From Zygnema circumcarinatum SAG 698-1b (Eukaryota > Plantae > Zygnematophyceae), in assembly GCA_037447605.1 (NCBI GenBank), contig CM074804.1, positions 310,001 to 374,000 of the forward strand: a stretch of DNA of 64,000 nt, given 5' to 3'. The number at the start of each line of letters is the position of its first letter. The first letter of the stretch is position 1. Positions 13,638 to 25,359 of the stretch are shown here, piece after piece. The position numbers and the translations under genes are program-made. The notes beneath the pieces are model-generated. The model was not told the DNA's origin. It did not search any database and was given only the letters and a program-made list of their open reading frames with translations.

Positions 13638-14606
13638 TCAAGCCGTGGGGGGCGGGTGCTGCTCCTCTTCCTGCTCCACGTGCTCCTGCTCCTGCTCTTG
13701 CTGCTGCTGTTGCTGATGCTGCTGCTGCTGCCTCCCCTGCAGAACCCCCGAGATCCTATTCATGGCTTCTATGATCTTCTCTCCGCTCTGCAAGGAGGCG
13801 TCCATGTACTTCTCCATCTTCTCCCACGAGGCCCTCGCCAGCTCGATCTGCAGCTTCCTGGACTCCTCCGCCTGAAACTTGATGAGGTCCGCGAGGGCCT
13901 CGTCCAGGCCCCCGTCCTCTTGGACCTGCCACTTCCTCTTCCGCATCGGAGTCTGCACGCCGCCGCCGCCCGGGGGGTGCTCGCCGTCCTCCGGAGGGTT
14001 CCACCGCAGCCCGGGGTCGCGCATGCCCAACGGAAGGTTCCGTTCACATAGAAACTGCTCCATGGCCTCGTAGATCCTTTCGCTGAACTGTCCCGGCAGC
14101 TTCTTATCCTTCCTCACAGCGGCATCCATGGTCCAGTAGTCGTTGTGTCCGTTCGGAGTCCTGTAGTCCTTAATCTTCTTGAAATCCCTCATCAAATTCT
14201 CCCACTTCTGCCGGCACTGCTCCCTCGTCTTCACCACTCCCTGCGAAATCAAAAAGTCCGCCACCGACTGCCACTTGTCACTCGCCGTGACGCTCCTCCC
14301 TCTGTACCCCTGCTCTCTGTACTTCTCATCCTCCACCCGCCTCGCCTCCACGAGCAGGAGGCCCTGATGCTCCGTCCACCTGCTTGTCTGCTGCTCTATC
14401 CACTTCTGAGTCTGCTGGTCGGGGCTCGCCTGCTGGGCCACTACCAACTGTTGCTGCTGCTGGGCGGCTGCAAGCTGCTGCGGGGACATCTGCGACACGG
14501 CGACCAACTGCTGCTGCTGCTGGGCGGCAAGCTGCTGCTGCGCGGCCAACTGGTGGTGCACGATCTGCTGCTGCACCGACAGGGGCTGGGGCCCTCCCGC
14601 AACCAT
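13638..14606 (-). CDS. Trihelix (Myb/SANT-like) transcription factor, SH4/ASR3-like, copy 1; intronless, polyQ at both ends, C-terminal coiled coil
   Basis: ORF 13638..14660, likely start MVAGGPQP at 14606. WTEHQGLLLVEARR...KWQSVADFL...QCRQKWENLMRDFKKIKDY...YWTM...RKDKKLPGQFSERIYEAM shows the three-Trp trihelix pattern plus the extended fourth helix typical of the SH4/ASR3 clade. Confidence 0.88.
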   Translation of the reverse strand: MVAGGPQPLSVQQQIVHHQLAAQQQLAAQQQQQLVAVSQMSPQQLAAAQQQQQLVVAQQASPDQQTQKWIEQQTSRWTEHQGLLLVEARRVEDEKYREQGYRGRSVTASDKWQSVADFLISQGVVKTREQCRQKWENLMRDFKKIKDYRTPNGHNDYWTMDAAVRKDKKLPGQFSERIYEAMEQFLCERNLPLGMRDPGLRWNPPEDGEHPPGGGGVQTPMRKRKWQVQEDGGLDEALADLIKFQAEESRKLQIELARASWEKMEKYMDASLQSGEKIIEAMNRISGVLQGRQQQQHQQQQQQEQEQEHVEQEEEQHPPPTA

Positions 14607-14905
14607 CTGCACTCTCGACCAACCAACCAACCAACCAACCAACCAACCAACCGGACTCAAATGGAGTCAACGAGAGTCAAACAGAGCCGACCAGTGTCGA
14701 ACAGAGTCAACCAGAGAGTCAAACAAAGTCAAACGGAGGTAGCACACAGAGTAAACAAGAGAGGAGATGAGTAAAGACGGCGGTGTTCGAGAACTGCAGT
14801 ATTGAAATTCTCTCTCTCTCTCTGTCTGCCTGTCTCCCTTCCTCTTTATCACACATCGTCGCCCCTCCCTCATCCTGTTGAACGACATACCTCACCTTTA
14901 TCTTC

Positions 14906-16797
14906 CTACAGCTCGGAGTGAGGGGAGTCGTCAGAACTCCCCTTTAAATATTCTAACAAAAAGGGCAATTTCTCCAAAAAGAAGACAGCCACCATTGCCA
15001 GGCACCCCATTATGGCGACGATGGCAATCAGCTTTAGCACCACCCCAAGTGAAAAATCATCTTTCCCCCCTCGGGGAATCTTCCCCCCAGGATAAAGATC
15101 TCTTATGTCCTGCAAAGAGAGAGAGAGAGAGAGAGAGGGAGGCAAGCTTTACTCTCCATCCACAGACCGTCCCAGCTACATGCCCCACTGCGATGCCATA
15201 CCAGACGAGGAGAAGGTCCTCTCGTCTCCCTCCTCCCTCNNNNNNNNNNCTCCCTCCTCCCTCCTCCCTCCTCCCTCCTCCCTCCTCCCTCACTCCCGCC
15301 ATCCCTTCTAACATGGAGGCTCACTCTTCAAGCTCTTTTTGAAGAGAGTTTCCACAATGCAGCGAATTCCCGCTCACAACACCCTGAATGCATGCATGCA
15401 TGCATGCATGCACAAAAACGATCACATTGAACACACGTGCATGCAGTCAACGTCACGATGACGCGCAAATCTTTTTGAGAGTAACCTCACCATGGCATTC
15501 TTGATGTGGTCCGGTTCATCCCTCCCCGCCATCCCTCGATCGTACAGAGTCCTTCCTTCCACTCTGCTCACTGCTAGCAAGAAAACGGAACAAAATGTAA
15601 ATGGCGATGAAAGAAACAAGCATAACACAATACATGAAATATCTCGCCCCCCTCAAACTCACAGATTCCTTTCTTCCCACAACCCCCCTTCCCCCCCCAA
15701 AGAGAACAAAAAAAAAAAGAAACAAACAAACTACTCCCATTCCTTTACTCTATCACGACAATAAGAAACAAGATGACACCTTCCGAAACATGCCCCACCT
15801 GGAGTCACAACTGGAGGAGTTCTGTCCACTGGAGGCCCCATATCCCCTGCATCCATAGAGATAAATAAGCCCCATTAGCCCCATCTTTTAATAACTAATC
15901 ACTCTAAGAACGAATCAAAAATGGATTGTTTCCTGTAAGAAAGGGGGCTAACTTCTCAAAGATTAAAAAAATTAACGGCTTTCAAGATTAGTGCCAAAGT
16001 AAAGGCATTACTGATGGCATTACCAACAAAGCAGAAACCGCACAATAGAATGTGATAAATATTAAACAAAATATAAGAAGCAGTTCAGTATCCATATAAA
16101 TTGAAGTACAAAGGACTGAACCCTTTCCCGCTTTTTTTTGTTTAAAAAAACCATGTCCCCACTCCTCCCTCTCCCTCTCCCTCTCATCCCCTCCCTTGGC
16201 CAACCGAGAGAGACGCAAAGAAGTAACCTTTAGAAATGGAGCGCACTTCTCCCTCCTCCTGCTCACTTCCTCTCCACTTCCCTCTCCCACTTCATTTCAC
16301 CACTTCTCCCTCGCTCCTCTCCCTTCCCTCTCTTACTCTCTATTCCCCTCCTTTTCCCCCTCCCCCCCACTCTTATGTTTGCTCACCACCCCCCCCTTCC
16401 TGCCCCCTTCTCCCTCAAGGGAGCTAGGAAGGGGGAGAGAGCGAGTGAGAGTTGAAGCGAGAGAGAGAGAGAGGGGGAGGGGGCGGGTCGTACCGAGCAG
16501 GCGCACCTCGGCGTGCAGGTGCCACTTCTTGGAGCCGGCGCCCTCGGGCAGGTCGGCGAGCTCCTGCGAGGACTCGAGCGGCTGCGCGCCCTCGAGGCCC
16601 TCGCTGAAGGGCGCGGGCGGCAGCGTGAGCGCGATCCACGGCAGCGCGGTCTGGCCCGGCAGCATGTCGCGCACCTCCGCCAGAAACCGCCGCTTCAGGT
16701 CCGACACCGTCGCGTCGCCCTCCTCCAGCGCCACCGCGATCGCGTCCGACGGGCTCTCCCCGCGCAGGAACACCTTCAGCCACACCTCGCGCGCCAT
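14906..16797 (-). CDS. Unknown ~195-aa protein, copy 1: N-terminal ubiquitin-like-fold candidate plus a C-terminal transmembrane helix
   Basis: Exons 16797-16494 (304 nt), 15570-15491 (80 nt) and 15109-14906 (204 nt) join in phase with GT-AG sites. Exon 1 has very high GC3 coding bias. TM segment LGVVLKLIAIVAIMGCLAMVAVFFL. The same exon structure is kept in copy 2. Confidence 0.7.
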
Positions 16798-18272
16798 CTG
16801 CCTGCTCTCAGCCTCAGCCTCAGCCTCAGCCTGGGCTTTCGAGGTGTGAGGGAGGGAGGGAGGGTGGGGAGAGGGAACGGGGAGGAGAGAAGGCGGGAGG
16901 GGAATGTGAGAGACTGGGGGAAAGGAGAGAGAGGAGTGGGAGACAGAGGGGGAGCTAGGGAAAGAGGGAAAGGAGCCGGGCGCGAGAGCGAGGTGGAGGG
17001 TGTGAGAAAGCGAAAGTGTGGGTGGGACGGAGGGAGGGAGATGACGGGGCGGGCAGGAGGGGGAGTGAGAGCGTAGCGTAGCGCGAGAGGGCGAGCGGCG
17101 AGCAGGGAGAGGCGCGGGGGGAGGGCGAGAGAGCGCGCAACGGAACGGTCTCCGCCGCGACGGAGGCCACGCCTTTGGGGATAGCGGAGCGGGCAGCGGA
17201 AACGTTTCACGGGCAGCAGGCCGAGACCGGGCAGATCAAAACGTTCCGACTCGGTCTAACTGCCAGGGCCTGGCGCTTCCATGTGGGCACGAAACCTTTC
17301 CAGTCTGCCCGAATTCGATTGGCTTCACGAAATATCTTTTGGTTTTGTCTTACCGTAAGATTGAACATATCGACGGCGTAGAATCCATCAAACTTCAAAA
17401 AGTTTGTTGTCTCTTTTAAGGGAGGCTTGAGAATTTTCACAAGAAAAAATAGAAACATAACCAGAAAACGATGGCTGCCCGAAACCATGTTTGTTTTCCT
17501 GCCCGTGGCCCGCCCATTCGCGGGCCGCCGTCCCGTGGCGGCGAACCGCGAGGTGTGCGCATTCGGCGGGCCGTCCGAACGAACGGCCGCCATGGAGCGC
17601 GCGCCCTCCGCCGTCCGATTGCTATCGGACGGTCGAGAGAGGCCCGAGAGGAGTCGATCCATCTCGCCGTGCAACGCTGGCCGCAGCCCCGCCCCTTCGC
17701 ATGCTGTCAGAGGCGCCGCGCGGCAGTTCGCGTGGCAATTCGCTACAGTTCGCTCCAGTTCACGCGGCAGTTCGCGTGAGTTCGCGAGAACCGCGACTGA
17801 GACCGTTGACCCTGTGAGGACCTGGCCGGTAGGAACACAGCCCTAGAGATAGACCCACACGGATAGACAAGTCGTGATCCACCTAGACGGATCCACCCAT
17901 GGACCCAGGAATCAGTGGGCCCCTTCAAAATATCGCGGCTAGGGCTGAGCTGGCGGCCATTGTGCGGCCCCTCTGGCCGCTTTCTCAACAGGACTTGACA
18001 AGTGAGGGTAGTAGTACACGTGGCATCTCACCATTGGCGGTGTCTGTCTTATCCGTACAGTAGACCGCCTTGGACGAACGGGCCCCACCCGCGGCAGGAT
18101 GACTTGGCAGGTGACAGCCAGTCAGGGAATGCCACGTGGGTAGCGTGCTGACGTGGCCGGCTGTTGGGACCTCGTAGAGCACAGCCCTACTCCCTCTGCG
18201 ACCTTCCACTGCTCTCTCGCTCGCCCTCTCGCTCCCCATCTCCCTCTCTCTCTCTCTCGCCTCTTAGTCGCC

Positions 18273-21200
18273 ATGGCTGGGGTTGCAGCTTTGCAGGTAG
18301 CCTCTAAATTGAGAGTTTCCGCCATGGCCGTCAGCCATGGCGGAAGGGAGGGAGTGGTGCCCTCCTCTCGCAGGGTCCAGCTGGCGTGCGACCTACTCGG
18401 TGCGGAAGTCGCGGGGAGGAGTACACGTGGCTGCAGCACGAGGGCGGTGCGGAGGGCGACGCCTGTGATGGCGATGAAGTCCAAAGCGGTGGCGGTGGAG
18501 GCAGAGAGCGCTGTGGAGGGGCTCAACATCGCGGATGATGTCACGCAGGTTAGAAGCCGGGGGAGGAAGAGAGAGAGCGAGAGGGAGAGGAGAGAGTGAT
18601 GGGGGGAGGAGGGGGGAGGGAAACGGAGAGATAGAGAGAGGGAGTGGGGAGAGGAAGAGAGAGTTGGGGAAGGAGGGGAGAGTGGGAGAGAGTGGGAGAG
18701 TGAAGGGAAGGAGAAGAGAGACTGGGGGGGGTAGGGGCGAGAAAGAGAGGAAGAGAGAGGGGGGGAGGGAGGGGAGAGAGGGCGAGGGACGCGTATGGAT
18801 TTCCTGTCCGGACACGATGAAGGATTTCCGATTGCAAAAAACCACGTTTACTAGTGTCGTTGTTCAACCCCCTCTTTCACTACTCTGAATTTTTTTCACA
18901 CACCCTTTTTTAAATTACTTTTATTTCTCTTCTCTTCTTTGTTTACTTTCTGTTACTCTATTGTGTAGCTCGGGCTTTTAGGATTTTTAGGGTACGGAAT
19001 GGGTTGTGAATTGGAATAATTAGGGTTGAGGTGGGGCTTGGTTGATGTGCAGCTGATCGGCAGGACTCCGATGGTGTACCTGAACAAGGTGGTGGAGGGA
19101 TGCAGCGCCATCATTGCTGCTAAGCTCGAAATTATGGAGCCCTGCTGCAGCGTCAAGGACAGGTTACGGCCTGACATAGGGTTCAGGACCTCGCAATTAG
19201 GGTTCAGGACTTCCGAATTAGGGTTCAAAATTAAGGTTAAGGTGACTGCAGCATCAAAGAGTCAAGGCCAGGGTGTCTGCTCTCAGGGTTAAAGTTTGGG
19301 TCGGGGAGTAGAGTAGCATTAAGATAAGTTGCGTTAAGTTGCGTTCCAAGTTAGTGTTAAGGGCAGTTGTGTGTCGGTGCTTGTTAGTGTGTTTAGGGTG
19401 CAGGGTGGAAGATAAGGTCTGTGTTACTGCTTGTTGTCGTGAGTATTGTAGATTTCGTGTTCAGTTCTAGGGTACATATTTGCAGTGGTGCTTCATGACG
19501 ACTCAATTATTTTTATTTTTCGTGTTCTTGCCTTTCGCTGTGGCAGGATAGCGTACAGTATGATTAATGATGCAGAGGAGAAGGGAGCTATTCAGGCTGG
19601 CAAGGTAAAGCAGTTCTATCGCTGTATTGCTCGTTTTTTTATTATCCGCGCTGCTTCTATCATGTTTATACATTCCTATGCTATATTACGTGTCTTACCG
19701 CTGGAAGATTGCTGTCGAAGTCCTCCAAATAACGTCGAACTCTACTTGAGAGGGTGGAACGATGAAAATATTTTGCAGAGCATTTTGGTGGAACCCACGA
19801 GCGGAAACACCGGAATTGGTCTCGCATTTATCGCTGCTGCAAAGGGGTACAAATTGATCCTCACCATGCCCGCTTCTATGAGTCTGGAGCGACGGATTCT
19901 GCTCCGTGCTTTTGGAGCAGAACTGATTCTCACGGATCCGGCGAAGGGCATGAAGGGAGCGGTCATGAAGGCGGAGGAGATTGTGAAAAAAACGCCAAAC
20001 TCGTACATGTTGCAGCAGTTTGAGAACCCTGCAAACCCTAAGGTGGGGCTAGGTGTTGAAATTTTGGAGAGGGAGGGACCAAGGGGAGGAGGGAAGGCGC
20101 AAGGAGGGAGGGAGGGAATGAGGGAAGAAGGGGAGGGAGGGCGGGAGTGAGCCATACACATTAAAACAGTTTATGAGTTATTGAAGTGAATATGGATCTC
20201 CCTCTCTCTCCCTCTCTCTTACTTTCCCACTCACTCTCTCTCCTTCCTCTCCCTACAGGTCCATGCAGAGACAACTGGACCAGAAATTTGGGAGGATACC
20301 GCTGGACAGGTGGACATTTTGGTGGCGGGAATTGGAACCGGAGGGACCGTGACGGGCGCTGGAGGCTTTCTGAAGAGTGTGAAGCCGGGGTTTAAGGTGA
20401 GAGAGAGAGAGAAGGGGGGGGGGGGGGGGAAGCAGAAACCCAGAAGGTTTACGCTGGTGGATTTTAGGGTTTAGAGTCTCGTTTTTAGGGTTCGGTTTTT
20501 AGGTTTTGTGACGTCTTCAACGAATGGTCAAGAACGAGTCGACCTGGGAGTGCTCAGTCAGTCAGAGTTTGATGTTTGTTCATGTGAGCGCGGCATGCAT
20601 GTAAACCAAACCATGACCTGTTTTTGGTGTTCACGTGGGAGCAAACTCTGATTTGGTAACAGGTCATTGGGGTGGAGCCGGCTGAAAGCAACATCCTGTC
20701 AGGGGGCAAGCCAGGTGTCAACACTGCCTTGAAACTCTATGGGAAAGGAGACCGAAGGGAGGAGAGAGAGGAGGGAAGGAGGGAGAGGGGAAGAGGGAAG
20801 TTGAACAGGAGAACAGGACGCTTGAGGAAAAGGAGGAAGGAGAGGGAAGTGGGGAGGGAGAGGGGATGGGGGAGTAAGGGAACGGTGTGAGGGAGGGGGC
20901 TGACCAATGATGAAAAGCTGCAAATATCCTGATTTAATGACTTCTTTTGGGCTGTTTTTGGCTGAGCAGGACCCCACAAGATTCAGGGAATCGGAGCAGG
21001 ATTTGTGCCCGGAATTCTGGATGTGGGTTTGCTGGACGAGGTTATTCAGGTGAACGCCCTGACTTCTAGTCTCAGTGTGAACGCCTTTGAACGGGATTTC
21101 TGAAGCCCATCTTTAGCAGGGATGTAAAAGCAAAGACCTCCTTCGAAACTCTAAAAACTTTAAGAAAACCTGAAATGCCATTTGGAAAGGCCCCTCTTTT

Positions 21201-21913
21201 TGAAACCCGAAAGTCAGTCTTCCCTTTTACTGTTGAGCAGGTGAGTGGAGACGAAGCGGTAGAGATGGCGAAGCAGCTCGCTCTCAAAGAGGGGCTCCTG
21301 GTGAGTTAGCTTTGACAGTTCAAACCCTAATCAATCACCTGATGTAATGAAGTGCTTCTTTACTTGTTGACTTCATCAAAAGTCTTTCAGTCTTGTCGAG
21401 TTAACTTTAAGAAGATCCCTGCAAGCGTACTCTGCAATTTCCCTTCCCTTTCCTGGCTTTTCGCCTTGTGGCGGTCAGGTTTGTTCTGCAAACCTAAAAT
21501 TGTAGTGTTCCTAACAACCTGAAAGACCAAAACATTCAAAAATTTAATAATCTTAATAGCCATAAACTCAAATCTTTTTGGTTTTCTCAGGTGGGTATCT
21601 CTTCGGGAGCTGCTGTTGTGGCTGCAATTCGGGTCGGTAAGAGACCGGAGAACGCCGGAAAGCTCATATCGGTAACTTTCTGTCCTTCAACCTAACTATT
21701 AATCCCTAAATTCGAAACTTTGAATCCTCCTCCAAAACTGATACCAGAAACCCGAAAGCCTAACCGTAATTTCATACGTCTTAAATCTTTGGACCCCTAA
21801 ATTTTGCTATGCAGGTGATTTTGCCTAGCTTTGGCGAGCGTTATTTGTCTTCCGTTCTGTTCCAGTCGATTCGGGAAGAGGCCGAAAACATGAAGCCGGA
21901 GCCCCTGGAATAA
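18273..21913 (+). CDS. OASB: O-acetylserine(thiol)lyase / cysteine synthase, organellar (probably plastid) isoform
   Basis: Ten exons: 18273-18548, 19053-19162, 19547-19604, 19779-20042, 20259-20396, 20663-20714, 20970-21049, 21241-21300, 21591-21671, 21815-21913. Motifs PCCSVKDR (PLP lysine), [36 protein letters not shown]-terminal transit peptide rich in S/A/R. Confidence 0.95.
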
Positions 21914-22479
21914 GTACTTTCAGTGAATTTTTGTAAGCCGAAGAAATGTATGGAGACTTCTCTGGTCATGCTCACTTACTACGCCAGTCGGGTGGTGCCC
22001 TTAATGCTGAGGAGTGCACCTAGTCTTGAGTGGGGGTTGCACTTAAGATAGGGGGTGTTGGGGCCGGTGGTTCTAACGTTTTGTTTGTATTTGTAGCGAC
22101 TACATGAATGGTCCCAGCGGCACCCCGTTTCCATTTGAAATGATGTGGATTGTCGCTTTGAATATGTGCGTCGTAGATCAGGACATGAGCATGACATATA
22201 CACGCACACACAGGAGGGGGAGGGGGGAGGGGGGGAGGAGGGCGAAGGGAGAGATAATTTTGCGCATGAAACATTTTCACTCGTTCGACTAAACTCTAGA
22301 AATCAAATTCAAAATAACACAACGCAATCTATTCACATTCTGTAACCTTGTAAACGAATGAAACAAGTCTACACGCTGCCCTCCCTAAAGCCTATTAGGA
22401 CTAGGTGGTAGGATCACTTGGGAGGAAGAGAGTGAGAGGAGTGCAAGGAGAGTAGGCCAAAAGAGGGTGTGGGAGGATG

Positions 22480-25359
22480 TCACTTTTTAGACAATGCTTG
22501 GCTCAATATATGCGAGACACTAGAACTTTGTACCAACGGAGACCCTCCCCAGCTCCTTCCTTTACAGAGCCTCGTCGGAGGGCTCATTGCCACCCGACTT
22601 GTCCCCAATGTGCTCTCGAATTCAAACTCGCCCAAGATATTTCTAGAACCGGTCCTTCCCTCTTCAAAGGCAGCGAGTTCTTCGCGCTGCTCGAAAGGCA
22701 CCCCCCTTTCAATTTTCTCCTCCTCAACCCTCAAAACCTGCTCTACTTTTAGTAAATCCCAAGCCCTAAAAGAGGGAATTTGACTAACAGTTTTTTCATC
22801 AGACCTGATCTTTTCGACATCTCGTTCGGGATTCAGAACAATACATGTTAAATCTTTCACTACGGTCGGAAGTGATGATGTATAAATCTCAAGGGAGCCA
22901 TTCTCCCCCGCTCTATCTCCCTCACTGCGAATGAATTGAGAGATAGCCGATCCCTCCCACCTATTCAGAAACCCCTGAGGCCTCTCCCTCGGTTCTAACT
23001 CCCTCTCCCTCTCCGTCTCCCTCTCCCTCTCCCTCTCCCCTCCTGCACCTATAGCAGGAATGAGAGAAGGAGAAGCGAGAGAAGCTCCTCCTCTCTCTCT
23101 CTCAAACATGCCTGGTCCGGGAGAGGAAGGTGGCCAAGCAGGCGTTACATTTTGGGCAGTAAAGTTCTGAAATCTCACATCAGTCGTCAACGGTGACTGT
23201 AACGGAGGATATGGAACGCCTCCAACCATGGGAACTGCAGGTCCTAGTTCCGTGGAAAAATTGAATCCGGGTCCCGAGAATGGATCGTACTCATCCCTCT
23301 CCCGCTCTTTCTCCCTCTCTCTCTCCCACTCCTCTCTCTTCTCTCCCTCTACCACCGTCACCTGCTTATTTATTTCTGTTGGAGGGATTTGTGCAGCCAG
23401 CGCAAACCTCCGCTTCCTCTCCTGCGCCTCCTCCTCCACTTTCGTCTTCAGAGCCTCCATCTCCTCGACGGAAAGCGGAGCATGTGAAAACCGACACAGT
23501 TCTCCGTCCAAGCAGCGCTTAAACACATGGAAAAACTTGCATGGAAACGCAGCAAGATCATGAGAGTATTTACACTCCTGTCCCTTAAGGCAAGTGTTAT
23601 TCAAAAAATGGCTGCAGACCCTCTTCTTTGTTATAGGTATCGCATCATGTGAAAATGTACATTCCGACCCTCTTGTACATTTCCCTTCCATCCAAAAAAA
23701 GCATAGTCTCGGAGCTTCTTTTGCGTTCCGTTCAGCGACTCGCATCCCACATCGAACGTGCCCGCCTTCCGCTCTCAATTTCGCAGCTTTAGCTCGATTT
23801 CTTTTGATTTTCCTTGCTATCTTCTGCTCAGGAGTGAGTATTACTCTCTTACTCCTCGTCCTCTCTCCTTCCTCTCCCTCCTCTCCGTCTCCTGCTTCCC
23901 ACCGCCCGACCTCCTCCTCCACTATCGCTGTCAGACCCCCCTTTTTCTTCCGCTTCTCTTCTTTTCCCTCCACTAGTTTCGGAGCAGCCACGGAATTCCC
24001 ATGTGCTTCCCCATTCAAAGCAGGACCCCCCACCCCTGTCCCTCTCTCTCCCTCCTCTCTTTTCTCCTCTCCCACTCGCTCTCCCTCCACCTTACCCTCC
24101 CTTCTCCATGGCTGCGATGCGGCTGTTCTTACCGTTGGACCTCCTTCCCCCATTTTCACTTCGACCCCACTCTCGCCCTCCTCCTTCACCTTTCCTTTCC
24201 TCTCCCTCTCCTCCTCTCCCTCCTTTCTCTTCTTCCCAACCCCTCCCTTCTTTTCTCTCACCCCTCCCTTTCTAAACTGCGCCTTTTTCGCCGTCTCCTC
24301 CTCCCTGCTCTCCTCACTCTCTCTCGCCCTCTTCTCTCCCCTCAATTTCTCCTTCCTCCCTTTCAATTTCTTCACCCGAAAACTGTCCTCCCCGTTCCCC
24401 CAACTCCCACTCCTTTTCCCCCCCTTAGCACACCGATTCGGAACATTCTTAACCCTTGAACCCTCAACAAAAAAATCACTTTCTCCCTCTCCCTTCCGCT
24501 CTCCCTCTACGAATCCCTGGCACCCCCACCCCATTTCTTGCATCCACAACCCACCATTTCCAACCTCCTCCGGAACCCCATTTCCCTGCCCCCGACCCAT
24601 TTCCTTGATCCCCATTGTAACCACAGCCTCTGAAACGTCCCCTGAACTCTTTCCTGAACCCTCTCCCTCTCCAAATACTGCAGCCATCCAAGCAGCCTGT
24701 GCAGTCTGTACGGACGGACTTTTCGACATAATCCTCTGCACGAAATTTCCGCCATGGATTGGAGAAGAGGAGCCCTTCTCTCCAAAAACCCTAACTTCTC
24801 CCTCCTCGTCAGAAACTCTAATTTCCCCCTCCTCTCCGCCAAACCTGGATGCTCTCGCCTCTCCTGAATCCCTCACTTCCCCCTCCCGCTCCCTTTCTCT
24901 CTCCCCCTCCCCCTCCCTCTCCTCCTCCCTCTCTTTCTCCCTGTCTCTCTCCTTCTCCCTCTCCCTCACTCTCTCCCCCTCTCTTTCCATCTCCCACTCG
25001 CTCACCTCAGAGGCCTTCAGAAGTTCAGGCGTGAGGCCATTGGATAACTTTCGGGTTGTAGCATGACCAAGGCGATGCGCTGCACTGCGAAGCCTCCCCA
25101 TGGCGGCGACGCCCATCCCCCGCAAATGCGGAGGCACACGCCAGGGAGGTTCCAAAACATCTGGCGCCGCCACGAGGCTCTCGCGGGCAGAGGAATCCGC
25201 CATGGCAGGAGAGCTTGAAGCCATGGGCAAGCCCATAACTGAAAAAAACTCTCCTCCTGTGACGCTATGGCGGCATTTTGGGGAGGACAGCGGCCATGGC
25301 GAGGGAACAGTCAGCTGCGGCAACCCTAATCCTTTACATACGCGGAGGGGCGACATCAC
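22480..25359 (-). CDS. CCCH-type zinc-finger protein with three tandem C3H fingers (ZC3H4/6-like, plant C3H65-like)
   Basis: Single 959-aa ORF with CFFWMEGKCTRGSECTFSH, CSHFLNNTCLKGQECKYSH and CKFFHVFKRCLDGELCRFSH after a basic ILTPEQKIARKIKRNRAK segment. The true start (25359 or a downstream Met) and any cryptic introns are uncertain. Confidence 0.85.
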   Translation of the reverse strand: MMSPLRVCKGLGLPQLTVPSPWPLSSPKCRHSVTGGEFFSVMGLPMASSSPAMADSSARESLVAAPDVLEPPWRVPPHLRGMGVAAMGRLRSAAHRLGHATTRKLSNGLTPELLKASEVSEWEMEREGERVREREKERDREKEREEEREGEGEREREREGEVRDSGEARASRFGGEEGEIRVSDEEGEVRVFGEKGSSSPIHGGNFVQRIMSKSPSVQTAQAAWMAAVFGEGEGSGKSSGDVSEAVVTMGIKEMGRGQGNGVPEEVGNGGLWMQEMGWGCQGFVEGERKGEGESDFFVEGSRVKNVPNRCAKGGKRSGSWGNGEDSFRVKKLKGRKEKLRGEKRARESEESREEETAKKAQFRKGGVREKKGGVGKKRKEGEEERERKGKVKEEGESGVEVKMGEGGPTVRTAASQPWRREGKVEGERVGEEKREEGERGTGVGGPALNGEAHGNSVAAPKLVEGKEEKRKKKGGLTAIVEEEVGRWEAGDGEEGEEGERTRSKRVILTPEQKIARKIKRNRAKAAKLRAEGGHVRCGMRVAERNAKEAPRLCFFWMEGKCTRGSECTFSHDAIPITKKRVCSHFLNNTCLKGQECKYSHDLAAFPCKFFHVFKRCLDGELCRFSHAPLSVEEMEALKTKVEEEAQERKRRFALAAQIPPTEINKQVTVVEGEKREEWEREREKERERDEYDPFSGPGFNFSTELGPAVPMVGGVPYPPLQSPLTTDVRFQNFTAQNVTPAWPPSSPGPGMFERERGGASLASPSLIPAIGAGGERERERETERERELEPRERPQGFLNRWEGSAISQFIRSEGDRAGENGSLEIYTSSLPTVVKDLTCIVLNPERDVEKIRSDEKTVSQIPSFRAWDLLKVEQVLRVEEEKIERGVPFEQREELAAFEEGRTGSRNILGEFEFESTLGTSRVAMSPPTRLCKGRSWGGSPLVQSSSVSHILSQALSKK

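Larger units (their letters stand above)
12930..17797. repeat. Left arm of a ~5 kb inverted segmental duplication (partner 25446-30489)
   Basis: The reverse complement aligns by eye with 25446-30489 along its length. The same ORFs appear on opposite strands in the ORF track. Homology ends at agcgcactc/gagtgtgct (outer) and gagaaccgcgac (inner). Confidence 0.95.

Noticed and set aside
13638-14606. Trihelix gene as the Myb-like ORF of a PIF/Harbinger transposon
   Set aside because: No adjacent DDE transposase or Harbinger-type termini. The sequence fits the host SH4/ASR3 trihelix clade.
12930-17797. Inverted arms as an assembly artefact or uncollapsed haplotype
   Set aside because: The arms differ by many substitutions and indels, are not bounded by N gaps, and have different unique flanks. 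Not fully excluded without long reads.
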